Shown here: positions 1 to 14,090 of the stretch, one piece after another
Layout of the letters: every line of letters starts with the position of its first letter
Position numbering within the stretch: the stretch's first letter is position 1
DNA from: Marsupella aquatica
Taxonomy: Eukaryota; Plantae; Marchantiophyta
Length of the DNA stretch: 64,000 nt
Assembly: GCA_973895155.1 (NCBI GenBank)
Contig: OZ316896.1
Coordinates: 15,162,684 to 15,226,683, forward strand
Reading direction: 5' to 3'
Translations under genes and position numbers: made by a program
Notes under the pieces: generated by a model
The model's database searches: none
What the model was told of the DNA's origin: nothing
Seen by the model: the letters and a program-made list of their open reading frames with translations, nothing else

Positions 1-2600
1 ATGAGGGATGAGGCAAAGATGTACAAGAATAGCATTGGTACATTTTTTTTGCAAAAAACAAACTTGTCTTCATACCTATTTACGCTAGAGAAAGTGTAAT
101 TGGGCTAATAAAGCTTGATGCAAAGCTACTTTCTAAGGCTAGCATCTAGGGTGAAACCTCTAGCCTGTAACTCTCAATAAGGGACAAAAATGACAGTAAC
201 TAATAAATGACAAAATTGAAAAGAGAAGGGACCAAAATGAAGGGAGATAAATTAAATACAGGGTTGAGGCAAAGATGAAAAGGAAATAACATAGAAATAT
301 AGAATGTTCATTTTTGCAAAATTGTGTTTATCTTAATCTCTATGTTTGTTCAAGAAGGGGTAGTGGGGCTAGTACTGTCTACTCTAGTTCTTCCAAAGAT
401 AGTCCAATGGAACTGAGAGATTGAGGAAGTAAACGGGAATATCTACAACTACAATAAGGGATCCCACTTTTTTGTCGTTCTTTGTCCCAATACAAAAAGC
501 TCCTGGGCGGGAAAGATACACAACAGTTAGATTCGTTTGGCTGCTTTTCCTGATCATTGATGGAGGATAATGGGCACCCCTGGCACATATGTGCTTCCCC
601 ACGCTGCCCTGTAAATGTCCCGGCCCGACTCCCTACAGGCCGGCCCTCCTTGTGTCGTGCAACGCATAAGCATAGGGCTCATAAGAATATAACAGCTTAC
701 CTCCTCATTTCATGTTTATTGTTGCCGGTCTATCATAAAGGTGCCAAATGTCCAGAGTGTCCTTGTTATTTTGAATTATCATCAACATTTATTCATTGGC
801 ATGCCTTTGGTTCCTGAACAAGTGGTGTACCTAGTGTTGGGAAAGCTCAACTGGAATATTTTGCTTGTGTGTTTTTCTCCCTCTGGTCACCAGCTCTGCT
901 TTATCATCCAACACTTCCCTTGGCTTTCGTTGGAAGAAATATGCGACATTTGTGATAATTTGGATTTGACCCTACTGTCTTAGATTTTGCAGCATAAAGC
1001 TCTGCATGCAGGTCTGTTTGTTTTACCAGGGCTTTATTTCATGAAAAACTGAGCTGTTGAGATGTGGGAGGGGTAGCCAGTCTAGGAGCATTGATCAGGC
1101 AGTGGATCCTGAAGTTGATGTATGAGACATGGTTTCATGTGCATGTTTTGCCTCAGCACGGAACACGTTTCCTGTATTATTGCTGTAGGTCATCATGGAG
1201 CAAACGGACAATTTTTCTTGAGCACAAGTTGATTGAGCATTTTATCAGTTGTCATCCTACATATCTCAGGCCACAAATGTGGGGTCATTGTGGTAGAGAG
1301 ACACGGACCCTAGCAGAAGATGCCTTTCTTAGACAGGGACCTGGCAATAGATATGGGAGTACGACAAGAGATTTTTCTAGGGCTTTTAGGTTATTTCGCC
1401 GGCCACCTCATCTTAAGGAGCCGCAAGCCCAGCAGCAGCAGCCTCCAGTAGATGAGTAGCAGGAGCAGCAATGGCAAAGAATACAATGCAACCTACTCCT
1501 CGTTCGTGGAATTTATGGTACTCATCCGTGATAACAATTCAACTCAAACAGAGAAGAATTGTTTTGTTGCTGAATACCTGAGTTGCAAGATGAGGAATTG
1601 TGAGGCAACCAGCTCCATCCTGGACTATGGGGCGAGTCACTAACATTCTGATGGATTGCATTGTTCTAAGTAACATGATTTTGGCGACAAGAGATGGATT
1701 TTATTGTAGACCTTGCTGTTCCCAGTCTAGAGTTTTTAATGCTAGATAAAAATAATTCATTCTAGGCAAAAAGTACCAGAAAATTTGATACATAGCAAAT
1801 ATGGCTTCTACAATAAAATCCCTACGACTGATCAAAACTGTCATCTCCAAGCCGAAGAATTAATTCCCGAGAATGAAACAGCTACATGATGCATATGAAA
1901 TATAACGAGTCCAATTATTTTTGGAGCAGATACAAGAACCATCAACACGATAAGTTGCACCAGGGCTCTAAACGGAGTCCTCTCCCCAAATAGACTGCTA
2001 GAAATTACAACATAATTCCTTTTTTGTTAGGTTAACTACACTTGCATACATCGCACTGCCAGGGTATAATTGCTCAAACGAATTGAAAGACACTCCAAGA
2101 CCAACTATAATAATCATGCCAACGCTGCCATATAGCTCCCATCATAAACCTAAATGTAACCAACGTCTTTTTTTCTTTAAGTCCTCCATGGACACCTGGC
2201 TTGTACAAACTGATAAGAAACCTTTATTAATTCTGCTTAGAAACTAATCTACAGCAAACGCCACTGACTTGGAGCAATACAGTAGCTATTAATGCATTTG
2301 CAGCGAGAGCAAATGTGACAACAAAATCTCATGGACAATAAAAATAAGGAACCGCCAAGCAGAGCCTCAAAATCTGGGTAATCTTACACTCATTATCCTT
2401 CCTGATGATGATGCGATCGGGAATGACTCCACTGGTGGAACGTAGTCTTCATACTTTCAAAAGAGAATCAGACAAAAAGTCTTGTACTCGCCCTCGAGCA
2501 AACAAACTGTACAATATGCCTTAATAAGTTGTCATGTTCTCTCTGTTTAGAACAATCCTTAAAAAATCGACAATTTTGGGCAGCCCTCTGTCATCACCCT

Positions 2601-5357
2601 TCAAGATTCATGGGCAACTCCTGATTTCAAAGCAGGGGCCTTGTTGGTAAGCTGACTGTAGTTGCCCTTCTCCTTGAAAAGCTGAGAGTAATGATGTTTG
2701 CAATAAAGTCGGCCTTCTAGAGCAGCATAGTTTGAGGGGCTAAGCACACATCCACCATGAACACATTTGAAGCAATTCTTGTGATACGATAACCCCTCCA
2801 CGCTAGTCTGCAGGCAAAAAGGACGTCGTCAGAGAGGATCCAAGAAGTAAAGAGTGCACTGACACTTCAACATGGCACCTCCGCATGATTCATTCCTCCT
2901 TCCTTTAAGAATTGACGAACGGATGTGAGTAAAATACATTTAACCACTAGTTTTCCGCGTCACCATGGCGAGACCAGTATCGACCTCGTGAGATTCACCA
3001 CAATAATTCAAGCCTTAAGAGAATATTTTCGCTAATCACATGACCATATAAACTTTTCAAATAGTATCCAATTGTCTCCGTTTAGAGTAGTTCATCAATC
3101 ACCTATCGCAATATTTGCTCTTTAGACGTGTTACCCTTCTCCAGTTTATTATGGTCGAAGAATCATTCAACCGTCATAGAAAAACTTGCTCTAAAGCTTT
3201 TACACATCCGAAGTCTCTCAGTATCATATTTGAAATTTATGAATGACCCCCCGCGTATCCTCAACCTAATTTCCCCATGGCAATGCTTCTGACGTGAATT
3301 CTTAAACCCATGACCAAAGATTTGTCAATATCAACCCATGAAGCAAACCAAACAAATTCCTACCTGGCAGTCATCAATGAACACTTTCAGTCTCAGAAAA
3401 AGCCAGGAACGACGCACCTTCTCAATGGGATATACGGTCTTTTGACATGCCACGCACTTGTCTTGAGTACCAGAAAAATGCGACGCAAACTTAGATGGAG
3501 CTTTCACCTGCCCGAAATCATACGATTAAATGTCACGACCAAGCCCACCTGATCTAACAACGCAGAAATGTTTGCGACTTAAGAGCTCGGATTCATGTAG
3601 GACACAATCATTCATTTTCGGCGAGTTTCAGACGCGTACATCAGTAATCTGCAGATGCGAGACCCTCAATTTAAGTAATCTCTTGAGTCAACTAAACTAC
3701 ATGAGGCAATGGCACCACCAGCCGTTTCGCCAATCTTTCTAGTGCTCCTAAGGCTGATCAGATAACATGGTAAGGATCCCTTTTGAGGGAAATTTTGGAG
3801 AATGGAGAATTGAGAATTGAGAGCGGGTTCCTAATCGACTAGAGTGAAATAAGGAGAGACTCCATGACAACTGAGGAGATCAAACAAAACTGTGAAATCT
3901 ATTACAAGCTGCCACGACATATAGGTCAAAGTAACGTACCTCGTCTTGCTTGCCGTCAGCACTTCCTGATTTCGTCTTCACTATGCCTGCAATGTCATGC
4001 GCAGGTAATCTCAGCAGCTAGATCATTAATAGAATGTAACACATCCTCCTGCCCTACCCTCCCTCCGTGTGCCTGTGTGCGGAAGGTACAACGCAATTCG
4101 AAACACTTACCATCTTGAACGTTAAATTTCTCGAAACTCTTCTCATAACTTCCGGTCCTCTTAAACAACTGATTGAAATGAGGCTTGCAGTACAAGACTC
4201 CTTCCAACGAAGCATAATTTCCAAGCTGTGTCAACATACAGCAATGCCAATGGTAACGTCAGTGCCACTGCCTCAGCGCCAAGACGTGTCCCACTAGAAC
4301 ATAAACCTCGACCACCTCTCTGGCCACAGACAACATGCCCAGAAAGCAGCAGAAAACTGGCGAGGACTCATGGCCCAGTAGGAGCCAGTGAATCCATCCA
4401 TTTCCCATGCATTGGAAAGGAAGGTGCAGATCCAGGTAGATCAGGAACGATTTCAAGAAGAAATCAGTTCATTCAACTGTTTCGTTCGTATTCATTAAAC
4501 CCCGATCGCCACACTATACCTTCACATGATTACATAAGTCCAAGAAACCTGTCTCAATCAAAGTAATCAAACCCCACCGCTCCACGCACAGTTAGATCTG
4601 CCCGTATCCCCAGCTGCCGCAATCTTTACGACTAGATCCTACCGATCTTGATACTTTCAAGAAGCGGTCATGTACGTTAGAAAAGAACAAACGTGACCAG
4701 ATCCGTAGGAGCCCGATCGGTGATAAGCTGGAAAATCTAGAAATAGCTGAAATCTCCCTCCATCCCATCGTCCTTCGTCATGCAACATTCACGAATCTCT
4801 GGAGAATCTAGAAATGGCTCACATCTCCCTCCATCGCTTCGTCCCTCGTCATGCAACATTCACGAATCTCTGACACGGACCCACCTTCCGATCGCAAATG
4901 CGGAGCAAGATCACGAGAGAGCACGAGTCCGATCACGAGAGAAACTACTACAACAACAGGAAGACTACCGAATTGGAACCGGAAGGAACTCCAGCAGACA
5001 CTTCCAGTTGCGGTGACGGACATTTCTTCGAAATGGAAAACAACATTATACGTCCTGGCGCTAGTTGACATTGTAAGACAACCCAAGGCCATGACATCTC
5101 TGGAGCAAGGGAGGGAGACGCTACGAATCCGCCGAGAAGATCATTCGCCCCCCGAGAAAACGTACAAACAGAGGGCAATGGCGAATGTACACACACAACG
5201 CATCGCGAAACGCAACACACACCTTGAGAGTGCTTTTGCAGTGAGCACATCGGAAGCAAGCCTTGTGGTAGATGACACCATCCGCTGTCAACTGATCCAC
5301 GAGGTACACAGTCTTATCGCACGCCTTGCACTTCTGCTGAGTTCCCTGAAACGCCAT
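2601..5357 (-). CDS. Plant two-LIM-domain protein (WLIM/PLIM family actin-bundling protein), 5 exons: 5357-5223, 4225-4111, 3986-3940, 3507-3418, 2807-2601
   Basis: Spliced translation [71 protein letters not shown]...[39 protein letters not shown]...[19 protein letters not shown]. All introns are GT-AG and phases are consistent. Confidence 0.95.
4752..4872. repeat. ~70-bp-period imperfect tandem duplication in LIM intron 1
   Basis: atctccctccatc...cgtcatgcaacattcacgaatctctg occurs twice. Confidence 0.8.
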
Positions 5358-6075
5358 CGCTGCCCGCCGCTACCCCCACTCAACCAATCGATCAAACAAA
5401 TCAACCTTCCAATCAATCACCCAATGAATCAAGCCGAACCGCCGAATCTGACCGAAGTCGAGCCGCGCGACCACTTCAACGTCTCAGTTCTATGTCAATT
5501 ACAAACCCAGATTCCCAATGCCAAACACGTCGTCCCTTCTCCCTGGCTGCTCCTGTCTTTCCTCAAACACGTCGATCGATAGATCCGCAATACCCGCCTA
5601 GATCCCTCCACTCCGATCGCTCTCTCTTTCACTGCCCCCTCCTCCCCTGTCTCCTTTCCCAGTATCGCTCTCTCGCCCACCTCGACTGAAAACACGCGCA
5701 CATGCGCAGTCAAGCTGACAGAAACTAAGGCTGAAATGCTGGCGAACGCAAGACCAAGCCTCAACAACTACAAGAGCTACAACAATGCCAGCCCGGCGAT
5801 AAGATCGCCTCCTCACAAAGAAACACTCGAATCGAGCGAATCGAGTCGAGGAATCGAGGTGGTAGCCCCGCCCGCGTGGAGGGAGGAGGATTGGAGAACG
5901 ATATGGGGAGGGGAGGGAAAGGGAAAGGGAGTGCAATGTTGGGAGTGCAAAGGGACCAGTGACGGCGGACTTCATACACTACTACACTACTTATTACTGA
6001 TGTGGAAGGACCTCGATGCTTCGTATTTCCAAATCTTGCTCTGCAGCGACAGAGAGGCTCTTTATAGTGGTCGAA

Positions 6076-6157
6076 TCATTCACTGTCCTCTGCCCCGAGA
6101 GAGAGGGGACGGAGCTCATTCACTGCCCTCTGCCCCGAGAGAGAGGGAACGGAGCTC
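6076..6157. repeat. 40-bp tandem duplication upstream of the LIM gene
   Basis: tcattcactg(t/c)cctctgccccgagagagaggg(g/a)acggagc x2. Confidence 0.85.
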
Positions 6158-7754
6158 CGGTACACGGGTACAGTACTACGGTAGTGCAGTCATTCGTTTC
6201 CTCGTTTTGGGAAACGAGAGTGAGTGGTGAGTGGTGGAGTGCCTGAGTGGCGACTTCGCTCTCTTCCCCAGGGAACTGACTTTTGTCAGACAAATTCGTG
6301 GGGGTTTTTCCCCTTGTTTTCTTCGCATTTTATTTTTCTCATTTCGGGAATTGATTGTGATTGGCTACTTCGCTGGTACAGGGACAAATTTTTGTCTCAC
6401 AATTTTTGGGGTTTTTGGGGTTTTTTTCTAGTTTTTCTTCGTTTTATTGGGTCACTTGACTTTTGGATCTTGCCCCATGTTTTGGCCATTTTTTTTGTTC
6501 TTTGGGATTGTCATATTTAAGTAGGAACTCACGTTAGCATGCAATTTATGAGTGTGTGTAGGTGAGTTGTTCAGTTTCTCTAGATTAAAGGCGAGCCATT
6601 AGATCTGGTGCTAAAACCCTAGTAGTTGGATCACAACTTCAAAGCAGAAGAAGAAATTTTTACTTTAGATATTTGGCTAGTCAAACACTCTAATATCCAA
6701 TCCAGCATTTGTCTATGTACAAAATGTCATTTGGGCAGTAAAAAATAGTGGCCATTTCCCAAACAATTGTTTTTGATCACAGTTAGATAGGCCAAAAACA
6801 CCCCCCTTCGATCTCCTATCTGTGCCTTGCCCCCATCTTGCCCTAGCTAGTTGTGCACTGACATATGTCAAGTTATATTTGATTTTCGTCTCATGTTCAC
6901 GTGCCCTACACTCACCATTTTTTTTGTCATCTGTACATAAGTCAGGCTCAGATTGAAATATATACTTAAGTGGTCATGCAAAATTTTACTGCGTACTTAC
7001 CCTAAATGTCAACAGAAGCAAAATTGGAATATTTTGCTTGCATTTCATTGAGTTTTGCTTACTAGCCAGAACACCTATGAATAAGTAAGGGAAGGGCTCC
7101 ATTTGCACAATTTCCTCGTGCCTATCCTTACTCACAAGCATAGTCTAAGTATTTTAAAAATCTATCTTGTTACCAGGCAAAGTATGGCCTGTAGATTCAC
7201 TCTACCAAATATGCCAAGGATTATGGCATGAACTGTTGATTGCAACTTGTACTGTAGAAACCATTGTACTTGTCGAGGTATGCAAGCTACTTGAGAAATG
7301 GAGTAACTCTTAACCTTGCATATACCGAGGGTTATCATTTAACGAGGTTGCATGCATACACGAAGTGCCAATTGTAGTCCCACCCTCACTGCTCATTCCC
7401 TCCCCATTCTGATATATAAGATAAGACTATGCACCTTTAGTCCAGCCCTGCCTAATTCTGCCCCACTCTAAAACTACTAGGCTCCTTGAACTTTATTAGA
7501 AGGACGTGTCCATATTAGGCATGATGGCTCAAAAACCAGCAAACTACAGCTCATTTTTGTAGATTGGTCTACCGAACCCATCGACACACCTGAAAACTTA
7601 CACTCAAGACCTTGGATTTTAGTTGGTTGTCACGGGGGAGATTTGTACACAGAGTTTCTGCACTTTCCACAGAAGACATGAGCGCCTATTAATAGATGGC
7701 ATCCATGTACAATGAGAGTGGCCCTCAATTCTGCCCATCATTATCTATTTCTAA

Positions 7755-8800
7755 TACTAACCCTGATCATTGTGCATTGCTCAAAAGATGTTGAGGGTGA
7801 GGACAAGAATTGATATATAGATGTCAAGGTGAGAAAAAGACAGTGAAATGAAAAAGTAAAATAATGTAGACAATCGAGGATGTCAAGATGAAGGAAAAGT
7901 TCAAGCCAGGTGACAAAAGATCTCAAGGTGAGATAAAGATGTTGAGGAGATAAAAATGGCAAGGTGAGAAAAAGATGTAAAGATGAGGAAACGATGTTGA
8001 GGAGAGAAAAGATGTTGAGAGAGAGCAAAAGATGTTGTGGTGAAATGAAGATGTAAAGGTGAGGAAAAGATTATGAGATGAGAAAAGAGATACAATGTCA
8101 AGGTGAGAACTCAGGTGAAAAAAGATGTTGAGGTGAAGAAAAGATGTCAAACCAGGTGAGAAAAGATTTGAGGAGAGAAAAAGATGTCGAGAAAAAAAAG
8201 ATGTCGAGTGTGAGAAAAGATGTCATGGTGAGATAAAGATGTCAAGACAATCACAATAAAGATGTTAAGGAGAGATAAATATGTAAAGTTTTAAAAATAT
8301 ATATAAACTTTGCAATGTAGTTGCTTAGGCATGTTATGTGTGATTCTAACCATATAATTGTTACGATTGTGTTCAATAACCCATGCATTGCACATAAAAA
8401 TTGGAGACACGAGATAACGGCCACTGCATCATAGAACCCCAGCACAACCAAAACAGAAAAAAAAAAAATTAAGTTTTAAATTTTTAGAGAAACATTTATA
8501 TTCATAAGATCTTAAAATCCAAATTTTTTCTTACAAATTTTTAGATTTAAATAGATTTAAATATTTTTTATTAGGTTTCTATCCTCGGGCCGGTGTGGGC
8601 AGGCTAAAGGGCACCAAAAGTAGTGACCAATTTAGAGTGAGGTCTCCTTGATCCCCCTACATTGTTAGAGGCCCTCACTTTTTTCTTTGTCCTATTGGAT
8701 TCCTTCTTGCTCGGGAAATGTGCACTTTTTAATGTCATTCACACTATATTAAATTCTCTTCTTGCTTTATTGCTTCTCTTTAGCTAGATTCCTTCTTTGG
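7755..8800 (-). mobile_element. Degenerate non-autonomous Helitron-like repeat with an internal 'aaagatgtcaaggtgag' minisatellite
   Basis: Minisatellite at 7785-8280. A degenerate tgtgcattgc hairpin and actaa end resemble the better-preserved end at 39620, and the downstream AT-rich sequence resembles 44324-44800. Confidence 0.45.
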
Positions 8801-9444
8801 GGGCATTGTAAGTTTGAATGACAACCATGTTATATCATGGCGCAACCTTGTATTATAGCTTTTGATGTTTATGTTTGTAAATATTGAATTCCAGAACAAT
8901 CAGAGGAGGGTCATCTTGTTTCTTTGATTAAAAAGAATCCTGGAATGTGAACTAAGTTGTTTGCCCACGATTCCAATGGACCAAGAACTTTTTGACACCA
9001 AATTAAAAGGTGAGCTTTATATATGTAGAAAGCAATGTTTTATAGTGGGTTGCAGAATGTCACCAGACATTTGTCAAACTTGATGGTTTATTGTCTCCAG
9101 CCTTTGGGATCCTTTCTCCCAATTAGGCATTTTAGGTTTTGGCAGCATTAATCAAATATTATTCTATTCAGCAAACTCTTGTCATGCATTTTATCACCAG
9201 CTTATAAACTTTGTCAAATCACTTTTTTTCCATCATGATTGTGAAGTAATTCATGGGCGTCAGTCCATCCCATATCATGTGCGGAGTTTTGAAGTAAAAA
9301 AGACCCTAAAACTTAACAAATAAAGTAAATTTTAATTATTGTTTAAGCACTTACTTTATGGAATACTCTAGGAGTATTCCCAAATTTGGTATTAAAATCC
9401 CTATTCGTCTTATGATTCTCAGACCCTGGGTGAAGCAACATCAA

Positions 9445-12400
9445 ATTTGATGAAGAGAAAACATCATTTATGGAATATACACATACTTTATACAGAAAAA
9501 GGCCAAATAGAGTACAAAAGAATAAACAAGAGAGGTCCCAAGTGGACAAAACCAAACGCAAAAGAAGTGAGCAAAAGGAAACCCTAAAAACCAAGAAAGA
9601 GGAACTAAAAGAAGTGAGCAAAAGGAAACCCCTAAAAACCAAGAAAGAGTAACTAAAACTACCGCAAATGGACCGAGGTCCTCATCATACCTAGCAAATG
9701 TGGCTACAAGCTAGTGGTCTACATCAAGTGTCGAAACTAGATCGGCAAGTGGGACAGGAATGTCCTCTAGGGGGGCTAGCCGCTGCGGAGTCACACTAGC
9801 ACCCACTGTCAGAGATCGACGATAGACGGCCCGAGCTTGAGCACGCTGTAAGGTGACTGAAATGCGTTGGCGAAAGTGCGTGGTTAAAACAGATAACGGG
9901 GGCCCGGTGGGACCCATCCGGCCGTGAACATCCCGAGCAGCTTGGCAAAGAAGCCCGTCGAACTGATGATGGAGACGCCCAAATATCTCAAGAGCAAGGG
10001 GCACGAAGCTATCAGATGAAGCTCGTGCAGCATATTTGGCCTCCTTCGTTTGTGCTGCTCGTGATGCTGCTGCCCCTGCCGTTGTTGCCGCTGTCCCAAT
10101 GATGTCTTGGCGCAATGGGTTTGCCACCACTACATCTGCCAAAGTACGGTGACCGTCACGGACCATGGTAAGATCCACCCGTAACCGCTGTGATGGAGGA
10201 CCAGGTAACTCGAGCACCACCTCCCGCCGCGCGCAGACCAAAGAGCCAGAGAGAACCTGAGCAGTCGCATCTCTCACAGCGTCGTGAACAAAAATGGTTT
10301 CGCCGCCCAAACTGCATCGAAGAAGATGGACACCTGTGGCATCACAAGGCTTCCCACAAGTGCAAGTAGGAGGTAAACCAGCAAGAAGTGGGTGGGGCAA
10401 GCCCATACGAAGACGCATGGCTGTCGCAAACTCCGCTGAAGACATCCGCAGGTGAGGAATGACTGGATTGGCCTGAAGCCAGCCTCCTGCGCCCTTCCCT
10501 CCGGAAGAAAGAATCCGAGCTCGGTCCGTGTCAGGTGCCTCGGTGAGGATGCTGGAGAGGGTGAAAGCGTGCATACGCCCAGCAAGGTCTGCCTGAAGAC
10601 GGACGGGGTCCAAGGATAAAAACTCCTGGAATGAAGGTAACGCAGCTCGAACAGGATCGGGTAATGATGACCGAGCCGTGCGCAAATGAACCTGAAATGG
10701 GGAGGGAACCCTCCTCAACCTCCATGAGAGATGAAAGTAAAAAAGGTCAATCCTCAGTAAGGAAACGATCTGCCAACAATGAGAAGGCGGCCGCCCACGC
10801 GCCCAAGAAGGCCAAAGGTGCAAGGCGCTCAGTGGAAGTAAGCCCAAAACCACCGTGAGAAATAGGAAGACTGAGCTGTCGATGAAGCCACGGAGATGAG
10901 AGTAAAGTACCTGGCCCTAAAAGAGAGGCCAAAGTCTCACGAATGGAGACATCAAACGCTCGGAGGTGTAGAGAAAGATCCTCGGTAGGGGGATGTGTCC
11001 GAGCCAAATAGGACGCACGAGGGTGGATGCATCTCAATAACAACCCAAATGCTGCCTGAGAGTCTGCTAACTTAGGGAGCATAGGAGTAGGGGCTAAGGC
11101 AGCCTGGAGAGCGTCAGCAATGAAAGATGAGCAAAAGGAGGCGGTACCGACTGGGGAGCCAAGGACCCGAAGACCGTCGGCAGGACGTAAGAACCCAGGG
11201 GGAAGCGCAAGATCAGAGGGTAACCCAGCTGGACTCCATGCACGACTCTTCACCGGCTGTACTCGTAAACCGAGGCCCAACAAATGGGTGGAAAGGGTGG
11301 CGAGGGCAGAAGTAACAGCAAAAGGTGGACCAATGATGTGGGTGTCATCTGAAAGGGAGGGGAAGATACTGGGGGTGGGCCACGGAGGCTTCTCGTAAAG
11401 CAGTAAAATGGGCAATGGCAAAAAGAGGCCCACCCAAAGGGTCACCCTGACGTGTACCTTCTGCAGAAGAAAGAGTGGTATACACTCCTGTAGAGGTGTG
11501 ATGACTATAGAAGAGGGGGGCCTCACACCCATAAAAACAACGGACAAAGGGGATAAGGGACTGGATGTCTGGATCCGCTGCCCTCAAAGCACGAAAAATT
11601 GCTGCCCGAGAAACCGTATTGAAAGCATTGGAGACATCAACCTGGAGGATAACCCAATCAGGGTGGAGGTCCAAGGTAGTACGAATACCCGCAATAACTG
11701 TCTCACAACCGCCAGGAACGCCCACTGCAAACTGATGTGGAGAGAGATGATCCGATAGTGCAGAGCGATACTGCGATGAAAGTGCGCGAGACACCAGACG
11801 AAGAAAAACCTCTCCAATAGCTATGGGCCGAACACCTGGTGAAGACTTAGCCATGGCCAATAAACGAGAAGCACTCAAAAGCCGAGAGACGGGAGGAGGC
11901 AAACGGCCGGCAGCAATACACTGGCAAAAGGAGAAGAAAACTGGAAAACCAGACTGAGGATCCTCAGGGGGGAATAAATCACGAAAATGCTCAAAGACAT
12001 AGCCAGAGGGGCCACCAGCCACGCAACGCGGAGCATGGAGGAAAGCATAGGTGAAGTGGTCCCTACTAAACTGAAGATCCTCCTCAGGCTCAAAATCCTC
12101 CACGAACAAAGGGAGCTGATCATAGGGCTGCGGATGGAGATCCTGAAGGGCCGTCAAGGTGACCTCGCCAGGGGGGGCTGGTGTGGTGGGAGAAAGGGCC
12201 TGGACCGCACGACGATATTCACCAGCCTGGGCCAAACGACAAGAGCGACGAAGGCGTCTATGCTCTGGAGGATGAGAGTGGCGAGCTGGGTCAGACAAAG
12301 CACGGGTAGTAAAGGAACGGGCTCGAAGAAAGTACTCTTCCTGGAGCTGTTCCCAATCTCCCCGCAGAAAACGATGGATACGAGAGGCAGTCTCACGATG

Positions 12401-14090
12401 ACCCACGCGACCACCGTGACTAGGGAGGGTAAGAGTCCACTGTGGAAAAAAGCATGAGTAAAGACCAATAGGATGGACCTCGATAGGATGCGCCAAGATA
12501 AGCTGCATGAGTTGCAACAAGGATGACTGAACTAATGGGCGCAACGCTAGTGGGATGTGGTTATAAAGGCGAGGTCTAATGTACCCTGGATGGTAGGCTG
12601 GAAGGGGGTCTAGAGAGCGAACCCAACTCCATGCCTACTCGGAAGCCTCCAAGGAAGGAGGGGCAGAGCTAACTGGGTCAAGAGGGGGCTGGGGCTGGGA
12701 TTGGGCTTGCTGGCGACATTGGCACCGGCCCCGCCCGCGGTGATGAGGAAGGGAGAGGCCAACCCAGCCACACTCAAGACAAGTATGCAAGGGACGCTCG
12801 TCTGGGGAGGGAGCAGGGAACGACTGGACAGGAGGTGGGGGGGGAACCGACGTGGATGAAGAGGCCGGAGGGGGATGCTGGAGGGGTGGAGGGGGAATGG
12901 GCTGGGGAGAGGAGCCAGGGCGTCGATGGGGTGGGCAGTAGACTGGGGGGACTGGCAGAACATCGGGCATGGGGTCATCACGAAGATGAGAGAGATCCAA
13001 TGAAGAAGAGCAAACACGAAGGCGACCACGAGGCGGGGGGGAGGAGGGGGGAGAACTGTGTGGGGGGGCTGGGCGCTTGCCCCGCGCCAACACTCTCAAC
13101 GTAGACATGACAGGTCGCAACCCGATAAAAGCAAAAGCGCATCAAGAAGCGACAAAAGGCCCAACCAAGACATGTGAAAAGAAAGGGAAGGCTATGGAGA
13201 GAGCCCACCGCGTCAAAATTCGAGAAGCGGCGCCCCCGCTAGCCTAGAAAACCGTTAAGCACGTGCAGGCACAGCCGGGAACAAAGCTGGAGCTCTCGTC
13301 GATGTGTCCGTTGAGGAGTCGATGCGAGTGAATATCTCTCCGCTGATTTGAGCGTGCTGCTACAGCTCCCAAAGATGGTGGAATGCAAACTGGTCCACTA
13401 AACTTGGCAAAAACCACCTTATCAGAACTGAAGAAGAAAGGCAACCACCAATCGGAGGAGAAACGTGGCAAGCCAGGAATGCTCCAAAGCTGATCAAGGG
13501 AAACCGTCACCAAAAATGGAGGAGTAAATCAGAATCGTAATCGGAGCCGAAAGTGGTTGATATGTCACCAAAAGGACCGCGGTAGGGATAGATGTTGCAC
13601 TCCCGGACAAGAGCTGGCCAAATCACATGAGAATGCCGGATTCCGTGAACGAGGAACTGCTACAGAACCCTAAAGCTAATTGAAAGTGAGAACGGTGGAA
13701 ATTGAAGAAAAAACGTGAGAGCTAATCAAAGTCCAAGCGGGGCAATAGGAGACCAATTGGATCGCTCTTGGGATCAATCTGATGCTCCCGGAGAAGAGCT
13801 ATACAAAGCACTTGAGAAATCTGAAATCCGTGAAAGATTGACCGAGATATGACCGTCGAAAGGAAGATGAAAATCGCAGAAAAACGACTGAAAAATGGCG
13901 AAAATGAATGTGACCATAAGTATGTTGATACGACACCGTTTTGGACGTGTTTTATATCGATTTGATGCGCCTCGGCAAGAGCAAGCTAATGCAACTGAGA
14001 AAACTGGATTCCGAGAAAAACTGAGTGCAGGAGGGTAATCGAAATGGCGCGAAAACTGTGCTACAGTTTGACCTCCATAGCCAGGAGCTC
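9445..14090 (-). mobile_element. RLE-type (CRE-clade-like) non-LTR retrotransposon, near full length but frameshifted
   Basis: RT and restriction-like endonuclease ORF, T-rich 3' UTR (9450-9660), long 5' region, and a candidate 9-bp TSD caacatcaa at 9436-9444 and 14091-14099. Boundaries are tentative. Confidence 0.8.
9711..13120 (-). pseudogene. Single ORF of the CRE-like element (Pro-rich/Zn-finger N-terminus, RT, CCHC, RLE), broken into four frames
   Basis: RT motifs GVRPIAIGE, HQFAVG, DVSNAFN, QGDPLG, SDDTHI, LGSPVG, LPISHGGFG. RLE motifs CTCG..HLLRC, HDAVRD, RVDL, DVVVANP, KEAKY, PLALEIFG. Confidence 0.9.

Noticed and set aside
379-1643. Short ORFs on both strands that look like decayed coding sequence
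   Set aside because: No recognisable motif or consistent frame; possibly a TE remnant.
4851-6230. 243-aa and 164-aa plus-strand ORFs
   Set aside because: Antisense to LIM exon 1, UTR and promoter; GC-rich chance ORFs.
7785-8280. CRISPR-like periodic array
   Set aside because: Degenerate units with no unique spacers, in a eukaryotic context.
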